From Octopus sinensis (taxonomy: Eukaryota): DNA of 64,000 nucleotides. Within the stretch, counting starts at the first letter, position 1; each line of letters starts with the position of its first letter. The stretch is from NCBI RefSeq assembly GCF_006345805.1, contig NC_043007.1, positions 24,676,001 through 24,740,000 on the forward strand, written 5' to 3'. A program made the translations under genes and the position numbers. The notes under the pieces were generated by a model that was not told where the DNA came from, ran no database searches, and saw only the letters and a program-made list of their open reading frames with translations. Below, in pieces: positions 1-14,837 of this stretch.

Positions 1-77
1 AAGATACGGGGATGTAAACACACCAGCATCGGTTGTCAAGCGATGTTAGGGGGACAAACACAGACACACAAACACAC

Positions 78-108
<31 letters not shown>

Positions 109-294
109 TATACACACACACACACATATATACAATGGGCTTCTTTCAGTTTCCACCTACCAAATCCACTCACAAGGCTTTGGTTGGCCCGAGGCTATAG
201 TAGAAGACACTTGCGCAAGGTGCCATGCAGTGGGACTGAACCCTTAAGCATGTGGTTCGTAAGCAAGCTACTTACCACACAGCTACTCCTACAC
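1..294 (-). mobile_element. SINE family A (tRNA-type head, CORE-like caccttgggcaagtg block, internal TA/CA tract), partial copy
   Basis: Reverse complement of the ~410-bp element at 21195-21608; more than 15 copies in the window. Confidence 0.8.
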
Positions 295-781
295 CTATTT
301 TGTTCATTCTTTTTATAAAAATTTTCACCATGTAAAGTATACGTTGAACACATAGTAACACATGCAAAGCTTCATAAAAAGCTAAAGCCATAGATTGCAT
401 GGTGTTTTTATCTACTATTCTCATCTGCATACCCTAATGCATGCCTTTTGAACTGTTATCTTACAGCTATGATTTTTGCTATCTGTTTTCAGATGAACAC
501 TTTTGTTCTCTAAGGATCCAAATTCTTTGCTGTACTCTCTTTCCTAGTTTAGAAAACATTTCAAAATACATGCATGCATTCATTTAAAGCCAAGCATATA
601 TTCTTCTACCATTGCATTCTGTAGTTATTTCCAGCTCATTGTCAGTCTCAGCCCTCATTATGATGATTCATTTTTGTGTATTAACATATTGGTGGTGTAC
701 ACAAGTTTCCTTCCTTCCAGGGATTCATCACTCCTGAAGGAACAACTCCATAGGATGGATTGTCTGTGTTTGTCCCTGCAA

Positions 782-958
782 CATCGCTTGACAACTGATG
801 CTGGTGTGTTTATGTCCCCGTAACTTAGCGGTTCGGCAAAAGAGAACAAAAGAACAAATACTAGGCTTACAAAGAATAAGTCCTGGGGTCAATTTGCTCG
901 ACTAAAGGCAGTGCTCCAGCATGGCCACAGTCACATGACTGAAACAAGTAAAAGAGTA
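782..958 (+). mobile_element. SINE family A, 3' half
   Basis: ttgacaactgatgctggtgtg...gaaacaagtaaaagagtaa matches the 3' half of other copies. Confidence 0.8.
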
Positions 959-1051
959 ATATAACAAAAAGATCATTAGCAAAACTTGAACTCACGATCA
1001 TGTTATTTGCAATTCAGTACCTTAATTAGCCACTGTTCACTACTACTACCT

Positions 1052-1428
1052 TACTCTTTTACTTGTTTCAGTCATTTGACTGCGGCCATGCTGGAGCACC
1101 GCCTTTAGTCGAGCAAATCGACCCTGGGACTTATTCTTTGTAAGCCCAGTACTTATTCTATCGGTCTCTTTTGCCGAACCGCTAAGTGACGGGGACGTAA
1201 ACACACCAGCATCGGTTGTCAAGCAATGCTAGGGAGACAAACATAAACATACATATATATATATATATACATATATACGACAGGCTTCTTTCAGTTTCCG
1301 TCTACCAAATCCACTCACAAGGCATTGGTTGGCCCGGGGCTATAGCAGAAGACACTTGCCCAAGATGCCACGCAGTGGGACTGAACCCGGAACCATGTGG
1401 TTGGTTAGCAAGCTACTTACCACACCAC
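1052..1428 (-). mobile_element. SINE family A, near full length
   Basis: Reverse complement of the 21195-21608 copy. Confidence 0.85.
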
Positions 1429-1578
1429 TGCTTTAATGACAATCTGCCACTATTTTAACCACAGTCCACTACTGACTTAAGCATGGTCCACTATCACCTC
1501 CATCACACTCTACTGCTACCTTAACCTTAAGTTAAGATATTATTGAAGGAGTAAATTAAGAGAAAATAAATAACAAAC

Positions 1579-1764
1579 CTTGGCCAAGATATCTGTAGCA
1601 ATGTCACTGAGAGTGTCAACTGAACTTCCTGAGCCTCCACCCTCTTTTCGTCCAATGGTAAGCAAGAAGGATTCAAACAACTGCTGAGTTTCATGCAGCT
1701 CTCGAGTGATGTCAACATTTTCATGCATTCCAAAGACCTCTGGCAGCTGACTTAGCGGCAACTC
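1579..1764 (-). CDS. DNAH12: Axonemal dynein heavy chain (DNAH12-like), internal exon E, entering the C-terminal domain
   Basis: 186 nt: ELPLSQLPEVFGMHENVDITRELHETQQLFESFLLTIGRKEGGGSGSSVDTLSDIATDILAK; acceptor atcctccag, donor GTTTGT; LP...PEVFGMHEN follows exon D as in DNAH12/7/3. Confidence 0.93.
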
Positions 1765-2077
1765 CTGGAGGATAGAATAGGATAAAACATAACAACAGCA
1801 ACTACAAAAACAACAACAGTAGCTACTAGTTGAAAGTTATAAGGTGTTAATGAATATATTGTCATAAAGTACAGTGAATTCAGAAGTATCTATTAAAACT
1901 GTGGAGAAAATAGAATGAGTGTAAATCTTCCTATTAGAGTATTGGTTTGTTCCAACGGGTACTGGTTGTAATCTTCCAGTATTTCAAGAGGTATCCACTG
2001 GAGTGGTGACACCTGTTGAAAAACTTTGATCTGACATTTAAACAGTCTACAAACTTATTAATATAATAAAAAATATA

Positions 2078-2820
2078 TGCGCCCTTTTAAAGCCTAGCCA
2101 GGCTCATGGGCCCGGTTTCCCGGTTTCTATGGCGTATGTGTTCCCCAGCTGGACAGGACGCCAGTCCATCACAGCATTACTCATTTTTGCCAGCTGAGTG
2201 GACTGGAGCAACGTGAAATGAAGTGTTTTGCTCAAGAACACAACGCGTCGTCCAGTCCAGGAATCGAAACTACAATCTTACGATCATGATGCTGACAACC
2301 CTAACCACTAAGCCACACACCTCTACTAATAAATGCACCCTTTTAAAGCCTAGCCAGGCTCATGGGCCCAGTTTCCATGGCGTATGTGTTCCCCAGCTGG
2401 ACAGGACGCCAGTCCATCACAGCATTACTCATTTTTGCCAGCTGAGTGGACTGGAGCAACGTGAAATGAAGTGTTTTGCTCAAGAACACAACGCGTCGTC
2501 CAGTCCAGGAATCGAAACTACAATCTTACGATCATGATGCTGACACCCTAACCACTAAGCCACACACCTCTACTAATAAATGCACCCTTTTAAAGCCTAG
2601 CCAGGCTCATGGGCCCAGTTTCCATGGTGCATGTGTTCCCCAGCTGGACGGGACGCCAATCCATCACAGCGTTACTCATTTTTGCCAGCTGAGTGGACTG
2701 GAGCAACGTGAAATGAAGTGTTTTGCTCAAGAACATAACGTGTAGCCCGGTCCAGGAATCGAAACCACAATCTTACAATCATGATGCTGACAGCCTAACC
2801 ACTAAGCCCCACACCTCCAT
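2078..2820 (-). mobile_element. Three head-to-tail copies (~245 bp) of a tRNA-headed SINE (family B, Meta-domain-like)
   Basis: Unit cccttttaaagcctagccaggctc...aaccactaagccacacacctc occurs three times; minus strand shows A-box tggcttagtgg and B-box gtttcgattcc. Confidence 0.85.
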
Positions 2821-3706
2821 ACAGACTTATTAGGGTTTCAAAATATGTCATGCTCTTCAGCTTTATGTAACCTATAACTTTTTTGCATTGTTTCTGTGTA
2901 GCCTGCATCTCTCAATGATCTTCCACTTGATACTGAAAGTAGCAGCATGTTCTTTCAAATCCCAAACATACTTAGCTAGCTGTGTTGCATTACTGAAGGA
3001 AGACAAATCATGTATCATTGTTTAAATTTACCTTCCAACATACTTACAGGGTTTAATGCATAATGATATGTTTTGGTGAAGGTGACTTCTGTCTCATATA
3101 TAATTGCATCGGAATTGAATGACTAAGGAGCTTGTGTCTACATTTCTGCATGTAAGGTTAGTTTTAAAAAATTTCAATAAGGTTAGTTGTTGATTTGCAA
3201 ATTATTAAGTTATTCATAGTGTGATAGTACAGCTGTAATTCAGTTTCAGATTATTTCTGCTTGTGCATGAATGATTTATTGGGAAATGCACAATTATTAA
3301 GGCCAGAAAGATTTTACCAATACCAAACTTAGTATTTAAGAAAAAAGCGTAAACTGGATAATGCTACAATGTTTCTTTTTATTTTTGGTTGCGTGATAAA
3401 TATATATGTAATTTCATCTTTTAGTCCACTATCTTCCAGTGTGTCATTGTATTATGAAGCTGCATTATCGAAGATTTCTTTATTCAATGACAGATTAAAG
3501 ATTTTTCCATTGTTTATCCTAAGCTGCACACGAAACGTGCAGTGACAATGTATGATCAATAATAGATGTCATTTCATGCATATCTCTCACTCAACAATAT
3601 ATATTGTGTAGTCTCAATGAATTTCGTTGAACCCCAAAAAGAAGGGGAAATGCAAATCTCAAAAATGATGATGGTGATGACAACAACAATGGTGATGATG
3701 ATGATG

Positions 3707-3707
<1 letters not shown>

Positions 3708-3787
<80 letters not shown>

Positions 3788-3858
3788 ATATACATATACA
3801 TATATATATATATATTACATATATATATATACATATGTATATATACATATAAATATAC

Positions 3859-3895
<37 letters not shown>

Positions 3896-3908
3896 CATAT
3901 AAATATAC

Positions 3909-3951
<43 letters not shown>

Positions 3952-4056
3952 CATGTATCTATATATACATACATATATATATATATATACATAACACACA
4001 CATATATATATACATACACATACATACATACATATATTTATATATATATATATATG
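3708..4056. repeat. Interrupted (TA)n/(TACA)n microsatellite
   Basis: Direct inspection. Confidence 0.95.
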
Positions 4057-6959
4057 TAGAGGTTTGGAAATTCAGAATAAATTTGTTAGGTGTTAACACA
4101 CAAAACTCTTGCCCTTGAGTCACTCTGTTCCTTTTGCTAAGTATATATACATATAGAGAGAGAGAGGTGCCAGGATGGCTGTGTGGTAAAAAGCTTGCTT
4201 CCCAACCACATGGTTCTGGATTCAGTCCCACTGCATGGCACCTTGGAAAAATGTCTTCTACTAGAGCTTCCAGCCAATGGAAGTCTAGTGAGTGGATTTT
4301 GCTAGACAGAAACTGAAAGAAGCCTGTCATGTGTGTGCGTGTTTATGTCTGTGCTTGACAACTGACTTTGGTGTGTTTATGTCCCATAACTTAATGATTC
4401 GGCAAAAGAGACCACAGAAATAAGTACTAAGCTTACAAGTCCAGGAGTCAAATGACTGAAACATGTAAAATGTATATATAAATGTCAGATCAGTGTTGAG
4501 TGCTACTTGTAATAGGTAACCCAGTACAACCTGTTGCATGTGTGGCATCTTGGTGACTAAACTGGCAATACCACCAAGCTCATTTGGTGGGTAAGGTGGT
4601 TTTAGAACAAGTTGCAGTCTACAAAAACAAGACCTGTCAAAGGGCAGATGAACTCCAGAGAGTCAGCAACCATCCCTTACATGATATGCGTATGTGTGAG
4701 GACTTAGCAATTCTGGTTTGGCATCCAGACACACACCCTACCAGGGTATGTCAGAGAACTCCAATATAAAGCCTGAGGTATGTTGTTCATTGGGTTTGTG
4801 GCAAACATTTGCACCACTTTCTGCTGTCAGCATTTCCCTAAAATGTGGTTGGGCCTAAACCATCCGTCACCACTGAAAAAAATCATCTCTGAGTAATCTA
4901 ACAGCTTTGATGTTGACTATCAGACCCTTATGCATGGATACAGATATAAGGGTAAGATCTATCATCACTGACTGTACACTGTCCACTTTTTTTTTGTTTT
5001 ATGTAAAAAGCATCCAGTCTACACTGTAAAGTGGTTGGCATTTGGAAAGGCATCCAGCTGTAAAAATCATGCCAAAACTAACCTTACCTGTGCTAGTGCC
5101 ATTCAAAAAGCACTGAGTCCACTCTGCAGAGTGGTTGGTGTTAGGAAGGGCATCCAACTGTAAAAACTGCCAAAACAGACACAGTAGCCTGAAGTAGTCT
5201 TCTACCTGGCCAGCTCCTGTCAATCGTGCTACCCATGCATGCATGGAAGATGGACATTAAACGATGGTGATATATATAATACAAATAAAGGAAGGACCTC
5301 TGATCTGTTTTTTTTTTATGTATAGATTAGTGCTCTGCAACCTTTTTCACTTGTGGTACACTTATATTCTTCTCATAATTCAGCGGTGCACCTGAACTAA
5401 AAATGTAACTAAAAGTATAGGGGGAAAAAATTATATCCAGGTTATACTGTGGTATACCTAGCATCATCTCATGGCACCCCACTATGCTGTGACATACCTG
5501 CTGTGGAGCACTGGTTTATCATTTTACATTTGTTTTTTTATAATCTGGCATGGGTTGGATGGATTATCATGGACTGAGTTGGCTGTTATTCAAAATTACT
5601 GCATCACCTAAAAGAGGGAGTAGAGACTCTGTCTCACTCATACATTCCATTTGGTGTGAGGTGTCTCCTGGTGGGTGCTTTGATATCACTAGTCAATCTA
5701 CAGAACGTGTAATTGGTGCATATTGTTGTTCCATCAGCACCAGAGAAGTTCCCTTGTTCCCTGGCAAAACCAAAGTGCTTCTCTACCCTATTTTGCCTTT
5801 GTTTGTGAAACACTAAACAGATAATGGCCAGGATGCAATGTCATGCAGCGCCAGCACTAGAGATGTTACCTTGTTCCCAGCAAGGCTAGTGAGTCCTCTC
5901 TACCCTATGTTACTTCCATCCATTTTACAGAGTGTACTGGGTGCATCATATCATTGTACTAGCATCAGATGTGTTGTCTTTCTGTTTCCCAGCAGAGTCC
6001 AATCTATTCTGCACTGTCTTCATGTCTTGGTTCACCAGTATTAGAGGTTGTCTGTCTCATAATATAGTATATACATATGAGAGATGAAACAGAGCCATGG
6101 TGATAGTAATGGAAGGGTGACAGAGATGTAAGTTAAGAAACAGAAAGAGAAGGCGGGGGAGGGGGGAGCAATAGACAGCTACATGGTGATTGTTGATAAG
6201 GAGATTGAATAGAAGCAGAAAGTTGGGGAAGTATGATAGGGGGAAAGGGGATGATAGAAGAAATAATGGAAGTGGGAGTGCTGGATGTCAGTAATAAGTG
6301 AGAGGAGAGGGTAGAGGCAAGGAGAATGGTAGATAGCAATAAAGGATGACAATAAGGATATATATGGTGTGTGTGTATGAGTGTATGTACACACACACAC
6401 ATATATATTATATATAATATATGTGTGTGTGTGTGTATCATATATATATATATATATATGTCTGTATATGCATAAGTGAGTGCAGACACCGAAGCTGTAA
6501 TAAATTATAATTCAATCAAATCAACATTGAAAAGACTTATTTTTTAAAAATATTTCAACCAGACAGTGAATGGTGGAGGGGGGGTAGAGAATGAGGTATG
6601 CATTTAATGAGGTATATATGACAATTACAAATACTGTAGCAATTAGTGAGGGAGATGGGGAAATCAGAAAGAGAGAGACAGAGAGATGGAGCGAGAGGGA
6701 AAAAGACAGACAGACAGACAGACAGAGATGGAGATGTATGAGAGATAGAATGATATAAACAGAAAGAAAAGAGAGAGAGAGAGAAAGAAAAATTAAAAAA
6801 AGAAAAAGAAGGATACTGGAATATAAAAAGGCGAGGTAGAGAAACAGGAAAGATGAAGATGGGGGTTAATAGTGAAGGAGAAGGAGTGAAAGAGAAAATT
6901 TGAGAGAAAAAGAAGAAAAGAAAGACGTAAAGGGAAAGAGAATGTGAGAATAATTAGAT

Positions 6960-7033
6960 ACATATATACATACATATAATATGTGTGTATATATCTGCAT
7001 ATGTATGTAAGTGTCTATAAATATATGTATATA

Positions 7034-7100
<67 letters not shown>

Positions 7101-7310
7101 ATATATAATATATATATATATGTATATATTATATATATAGTATTTATAAATATGTGCATATATATATATATATACTCATTATATACATACATACGTGTGT
7201 ATATATATATTATATATAATATATATATTATTATATATATATATATATATATAATGTGTGTATGAGTGTGTGTGTATGTGTGTGTGCATATATATATATA
7301 TATATATAAC
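6960..7310. repeat. (TA)n/(TG)n microsatellite
   Basis: Direct inspection. Confidence 0.95.
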
Positions 7311-7889
7311 GAGAGAGAAAGGGGGAGACAGAGGGAGAGAGGCTGTGTGTATGGACACTTAATACAGTTATTATATATTACATTAATAAATTATATTACC
7401 ACCACCACCACCACCACTATTGCCAACATCAGCGTCATCATCATAAATACCACCATCACAACTGCCATCCTCATCACCAAAACCAACAACCAACATCATT
7501 ACTAACACCATCACCACCATATGACCAATACCACCACCACCACCACCACCACCAAGTCAGTATTTATTCTGTGCATTTAACCCTATATAATACAATATGG
7601 TAGAATTTGAGGAAGCTTTCGTTGCAGTTGTTTGCAAGTCGAGGGTAAAGGCTTCCTTATCAGATTGACAATTCTCCCTCTGAATCCCAACAAGGATTCA
7701 AACCCTTCCACTCGTTAACCTGATACAGAAAATGCATGATGCCATCAACATGCATAATTCTACACTCCACTAACGTCAGCAAACCATTTCCCTGTATTCA
7801 CTATAATTCATTCATACAACAAAAAAGAAAAGAAAAAAATACTCAAAAATATTTCAGACATGGCTGTGAGTCACATATGACAAAAGTTC

Positions 7890-8370
7890 AAATATGCTGA
7901 AAGGAGAATTGGGCATAAGAGGAATCATATGTAGTGTGTAAGAGAGGAGACTGTACTGGTATATGGTCATGTGACGTGTACACATGAGAACAGCTGTTGT
8001 TGTTGTTAAGCAACAAGACGGTAAGGGTGATTAGGTGATGGTAGGGCTTAGGGGCAGGAGACCCCAGACCTTGGAAAAAAAAAACTTTGGTCGTCTTGTT
8101 GTAGTCGAGGGCTCTTCATTGACGTCCGACACCACTGGGAGGTGGCCCTCGAAGTCGCTGGAAATGGAGATCTCCTGGTCCAAATTCTTGAACAGCCATG
8201 AGAACAGCCGTACAAAAAAGTGCTGATCGTTTAAAGTGGATGGAATTTGTGGAAGAGGGAGACCCAGGAATATATGAGATGATGTAGGGAAGGCTCATCT
8301 CAGGATGTTGAGCATCAAGGAAGAGATGGCTATGTGTTGAGATCATTGGTAATTTGCAGTGATTGAGAAA
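7890..8370 (+). mobile_element. Degenerate RTE-type LINE 3' fragment interrupted by a ~200-bp retroposed insert (7995-8196)
   Basis: Residual ERRL.W.GHV and GRGRPR coding motifs; 12-bp duplication catgagaacagc at 7983-7994 and 8197-8208. Confidence 0.65.
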
Positions 8371-9472
8371 ATCCAGAGAATAAAATAAGACCTTGCACAG
8401 AGAATGCAAGGTCTTAAAAATATTATGTTTATGCCTATACACTCACTGGGCCTTGCTCTGCACCTAATCTGTCTTCATCAAAACTTCCACTACCTCTTGT
8501 AATATCTATCTTCATGTGGAGGCATGTGGCTTAGTGGTTAGGTTGTTGCACTCGTGATTGTAAGATTGTGGTTTCCATTCCTGCACCGGGTGATGTGTTG
8601 TGTTCTTGAACAAAACACTTCAGTTCATCTTGCTCCAGTCTAGTCAGCAGTAAAAGGAACAGTGTCCAGTCCAAGGTAGGGAATGTATATATCACAGAAT
8701 CTAGGAAACTGATCTTATGAGTCTATAGCTCATGAAAGACTTTGATGTTTTTTATGTCATTATTCAGTCTTATTTCAAGATTTCTTGCCAACAGAGAAAG
8801 AGCCAGTCTCTATCCTAGATCCAAGGCACCTTCATTGGAATTTCAACACCATCAACAGGGAATGTATGTATGTGTGCAGATTTGTATGTTTTGTTTTATG
8901 TATGTATTCTCATGCATATATAGACATGCTCATATATACTTAAATGATAAACTTCTGGAAAGTTTTACAGAGTTTTACAGTTCCATTGATGGCTTGAATC
9001 TGCAGTCTTTGAATCAGCTTATTCCTTTCTGGATTAGAGAAGCCTTATTTCTTAAGATTGGTATTTAGGCAGTGCATATGTGTGTGTGTGCACATGCAAG
9101 TGCATGTGTACAGAGATGGATAATCATATTACTTTTGCTTTTCTTATCTGGTGTGTGTTGGATGGGTTAATCTCTAACATATATCCTTTCATCACTCTTC
9201 TAAATTATAATGCTATTCAGCTGCTGTAATCACACGACAGCAAAATCTGTAAATATTTCATTTCATTTTGTGCTACAAGTTAGCTACCCCATTCCATAGA
9301 ACCACTTCCTTTTAACATCCATCCTTCATTCTCAATATCATCTCATCTCACTTAATTTTCCTCCATTAATCTCTCCTCCTCTTCTGAGCAACAGCTTAGG
9401 ACTGCCATTCCTCATCTTTAACACCCTCTTATATCCACTGTCAACACTCCTACATTTGTTCCTTACTCATTG

Positions 9473-9858
9473 TGGGGGAAGCACTCCGTCGGTTACGACG
9501 ACGAGGGTTCCGGTTGATCCGATCAACGGAACAGCCTGCTCGTGAAATTAACGTGTAAGTGGCTGAGCACTCCACAGACACGTGTACCTTTAACGTAGTT
9601 CTCGGGGATATTCAGCGTGACACAGAGAGTGACAAGGCCGGCTCTTTGAAATACAGGTACAACAGAAACAGGAAGTAAGGGTGAGAGAAAGTTGTGGTGA
9701 AAGAGTACAGCAGGGATCACCACCATCCCCTGCCGGAGCCTCGTGGAGCTTTAGGTGTTTTCGCTCAAGAAACACTCACGACGCCCGGTCTGGGAATTGA
9801 AACCGCGATCCTACGACCGCAAGTCCGCTGCCCTAACCACTGGGCCATTGCGCCTCCA
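9473..9858 (-). mobile_element. tRNA-headed SINE (family B-related, 3' end gacggagtgcttcccc)
   Basis: A/B boxes on the minus strand; related to 62312-62642, 25010-25400 and 52200-52530. Confidence 0.8.
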
Positions 9859-10072
9859 CTTATTGTAACCACTCTTACATACCTCTAACCATCATCTCTT
9901 TCACTGTACATATCACTCCCCTCCCACTCTTTCACTAGACATAATCTCTCTATTTTCTGATCCACCTAGTTTTATCATATTGCTGCTCTCCACTCTTCCT
10001 CTAATGTCACTTGTCACTGTCTCCTTTCTGAGCCACTCCTATTTCTTTTGCCCACTGCTACCGTCAGTTATC

Positions 10073-10434
10073 ATACAGGTTTGAATGATATAATAATTTA
10101 TCCATCCATCTACTCTACCCATTATTCTTACGAGGTTCATGGGGTAGAGTCCTCAGGAACCTGCCCCATAAGGTCCTGTCTGAAGCAGCCATCATTACAA
10201 TTTCTGGCCTGTGTTCCTAAGTATGGTAAAATGAGACCATGACTATTATCCAACCATCTCATTGTCCAGCAAGATGTCAGAATCATTAGCACACTGGTAT
10301 ATCCTCAGACTTCAAAACCTGTTGGCCTAAGACCTCTTCAGCATATTTTAAAGAGGTCTAAGGACTCTTAGGCCTTGGGGTCTGATGATACACCATAAAG
10401 TTAAACCCTTTATGGATGGGAAACCCAGGGTAAT
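10073..10434 (+). repeat. Left arm of a 362-bp inverted duplication (partner 14838-15199)
   Basis: Manual alignment, about 9 mismatches in 362 bp. Confidence 0.95.
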
Positions 10435-11418
10435 GTGAACACACCATGTGTTCTTCACCAATCACATTTCTGTGAAACTTATCCACCCAGCCCTCCTGAG
10501 TCTCAGTCTGTATTTTCTCTTATACTCATCACCTTGTACACACAGAGTATTCTTTAACCTATAAAAAACGGTTTCCTTTTGGAGTCATACCGACTCGTAA
10601 GGAGCAGACTCTCAGTTTCCATGGCGTATATATTCCTCACCTGGATGGGACACCAGTCCATTGCAGGATTACTCATTTTTGCCAGCTGAGTGGACTGAGG
10701 CAATGTGAAATGAAGTGTTTTGCTCAAGAACACAATGTGTTGCCTGGTACAGGAATTGAAACCACAATCTTACGATCATAAGTCCAACACCCTAACCACT
10801 AAATTACAAGTATACTTTAACACCCTGTTATCAATATATTTATCTCCATCCAGCTACTCCTATCCACCCATATATAATGCAGGTTAGCTATGTATCTCCT
10901 ATACAGCAAAACATCCAATCCTGTCCTTCTATCATACTTTAGCTTCTAAATACATAGCATAAAGCCACTTCTCTCTACTACAGCCTCACACATCCAAGGA
11001 AACTTTTTCTGTCATGCAACTTACATGGCAACCTCACTAGTGTGGGTGTTATCAAAATAGCACCGTGTAGACACTTTAAAGTGGTTGGCATTAGGAAGGA
11101 CATCCAGCAGTAGAAACCACGCCAAAACAGACACTGAAGCACAATGCAGTCCTTCAACTTGTTGGGTCGTCTCAAACCATCCAGCCATGCCAGCACAGAA
11201 GACTGATGATGATGATGATGATGATGATATGTGGTAAGATGTTTGCTTCTCAACCACATGGTTTTGGGTTTGGTCCCATTGTATGGTGCCTTTAGTGAGT
11301 ATTTTCTAGTGTAGCCCTGGGCAAACCAAAGCCTTGAATGTGGAGTTGGTATTCAGAAACTGAATGAAAGCCACAGTCCATGTGTCCATTCATCCAGCCA
11401 TCCCCCCTCTCTCTCTCC

Positions 11419-11907
<489 letters not shown>

Positions 11908-12529
11908 ATATATACACACACACACACATGTACAAGTGTGTATGTATGTGTGTTTTAGTCTCTTTGCCTTGACTTCATGCTAACAGTTTCATTCTCTTCT
12001 GGTTTTCCATGAAAACATAACTGGTCATAGAGGAATGTTACCTTTCTTGGAAACAAGCAAAGGTTGGCAACAGGAAAGGTATCTGACCTTAGAAAATTCA
12101 CCTCAATGAATTCCATCCAACCTATGCAGGCATGGGAAAGTGGACATTAAAACAATGATAATGGTGATGACGATGGTGGTGGTGGTGATGACGACGACGA
12201 TGACGATGTTGATGATGACGACGTTGATGATGATGATAATGATGTGGATGATGATGATTTAAGACACTTGTAGAAAGACAGGGTGGTCATGGTTGGATTG
12301 CCTTTGGTCACAGATATGCTCAATTAAGACTGGCCTGGGCTAAACACCACCACCACCAACAAGTGCCAAAGATGATCACAGCAGGATGAAATAACAATCA
12401 GCCAATGAACCAACCAACCTGCCAGCCAGCCAGCCAGCCAGCCAGCCAACCGGCCAACCAACCAGCCAGCCATCAAAATGGCTGATTAGTTGCATAAAGA
12501 CTGAACTTAGCTGACCCCGGTGTGTAACA

Positions 12530-13610
12530 AAAACACATATACAGATACAATTACAAGCATACATTCATACACAAACAAAAACAGATACATACAGTAAGAA
12601 CCACATGTAGACACACTAAGACAGCTGCAGATATAGGTAGAACTGTACACACACACATACTGCAACCACAGACACACACACACACACACACACACACAAC
12701 CACAGATTGCATAAACACATAGCCACGCACATGGACTATGTATACAGCTAAAACAGACACACACACACACACACAACCACAAACGTTGACCACATACAAT
12801 CATAGACACGCATACAACCACAACTAAGGATAGCATAAACATATATAGCTACAAACATAGACTACATACACAGCTACAACCAGACACACACACACATACA
12901 CAACTACAACCACAGACACATATATACACAATCATAAACACACACACACACACAACCAGAGATGCATACGCAAACAGCCACAGACGTTGGCCACATACAC
13001 AACTACAACCACAGACACATACATACACAATCATAGACACACACATGCACACCCACAACCTGGAATCAATACACACATAACCACAAACATACACTCTATA
13101 CACAGCTACAACCAAAGACACACACACACACACACAACCATAAACGTTGACCACATACAATATTAAACACACACACACACACACACAACCAGAGATGCAT
13201 ACGCAAACAGCCACGGACGTTGACCACATACACAACTACAACCACACACACATACATACACAATCGTAGACACACACGCACAACCACAACCAGGGATGAA
13301 CACACACATAACCACAAACATAGGCTATGCACACAGCTACAACCAAAGACACACACACAAACACACACATACACACACACACACACACACACATACACAC
13401 AACGCATTCATAATCAGATAAATGCACAATCACAGACACAACCATACAATCATTGACACAGCTATACATCAAGTCAAAGACTTAGCTACAGATCAAACTA
13501 CAACCACACACACACACACACACAAACACACACATGCATGCAATCATAGACGGAGCTACACACGCACACACCCACATACATACATACACACACACACATG
13601 CACAACCTGG
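12530..13610. repeat. Compound CA-rich satellite with recurring higher-order blocks (acaaccacagacac, gttgaccacatac)
   Basis: Direct inspection. Confidence 0.85.
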
Positions 13611-14769
13611 TAGTTGTCTGTATATATAATGTTTATAGTGAGTGTGTGTGTGTGTGTGTGTGCGTTCCATGAAGAGTGTTGTAGGAGTAGAAAGAAGAAA
13701 GGAGGGTGCAGCACAGTATTTAGACAGTAATAACAGACTGGCAAGATTCGCAGGTACTCGTATTGATGGTGATGATAATTCTTTCTAGTCAGGGACGAAG
13801 GGTGAAACAGAACTGGTAATTTAGCTAAAACGATGTGCTTCTGCTTGATCCTTCATCTAAAATCTGATAAATCAATCACATAGTATTGATGAATTAACAT
13901 AGAATTACGAAAAAAAACCCCAAAAGACAAGAACAAAAAACACAAAACAGGGAAGGAAGAAAGAAGCTGAGCCACTCCTTGTTAATAAATTAAGATTAAA
14001 CATGGCAGGTTGGAAACTATCAGGTTGACCCTGTTTAATCTAACCCCTTCATGATCAGATTGCTAATGAAATGCACGGCCTGTGGGCTTGTGGGTTGGGA
14101 GAAGATAGAGATGTGAGAGGCACAGGCATGTTTGTGTGGTTCAGAAGCTTGCTTTGCAGCCACATGGTTTCGGGTTCAACCCTACTGCACAGCACCTTGG
14201 GCAAATGTCTTCTACCATGGCGCTGAGCTAACCAATGCCTTGTGAGTGAATTTGGTAGACAGAAACCGTGTGGAAGCTCATTGTGTGTTATATATATTTT
14301 TTATTTTATCTAGTTTCAGCTCACGAGCTGTGGCCATGCTGGGGCACCGCCATTGAATATATATATATATTTTTTCTTTCTTTTTCTTTTTACTTGTTTC
14401 AGTCATTTGACTGTGGCCTTGCTGGAGCACCACCTTTCGTCGAGCAAATCCACCCTAGGACTTATTCTTTGTAAGCCTAGTACTTATTCTATCAGAACCT
14501 ATTGTTGAACCACTAAGTTACGGGGACATAAACACACTAGCATCGGTTGTCAAGCGATGCTAGGGGGACAAACACAGACACACAAACACATGCATATATA
14601 CACACATATATATACGACGGGCTTCTTTCAGTTTCCAAATCCACTCACAAGGTTTTGGTCGGCCCCAGGCTATAGTACAAGACACTTGCCCAAGGTGCCA
14701 CACAGTGGGACTGAACCCGGAACCTTGTGGTTCGTAAGCAAGCTATTTACCACACAGCCACTCCTGTGC

Positions 14770-14811
<42 letters not shown>

Positions 14812-14837
14812 TTTACTGGGGAATGCCAGTTTATGGG

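Noticed and set aside
3566-4029. Long YI/HT/CV/SL/ER-rich ORFs here and at 11364-11927, 12507-13744, 26629-27444 and 28297-29256
   Set aside because: Translations of microsatellites and polypurine tracts that lack stop codons; no coding signal
7610-7665. Minus-strand CTGATAA...GAAA hammerhead-like spacing
   Set aside because: Core is mutated and stems I and II cannot be drawn consistently
13769-13867. Possible C/D snoRNA (GTGATGA...CTGA with attgat/atcaat flanks); a similar pair at 660-737
   Set aside because: Antisense to the host gene, no convincing rRNA guide of 10 nt or more, and such boxes are frequent by chance
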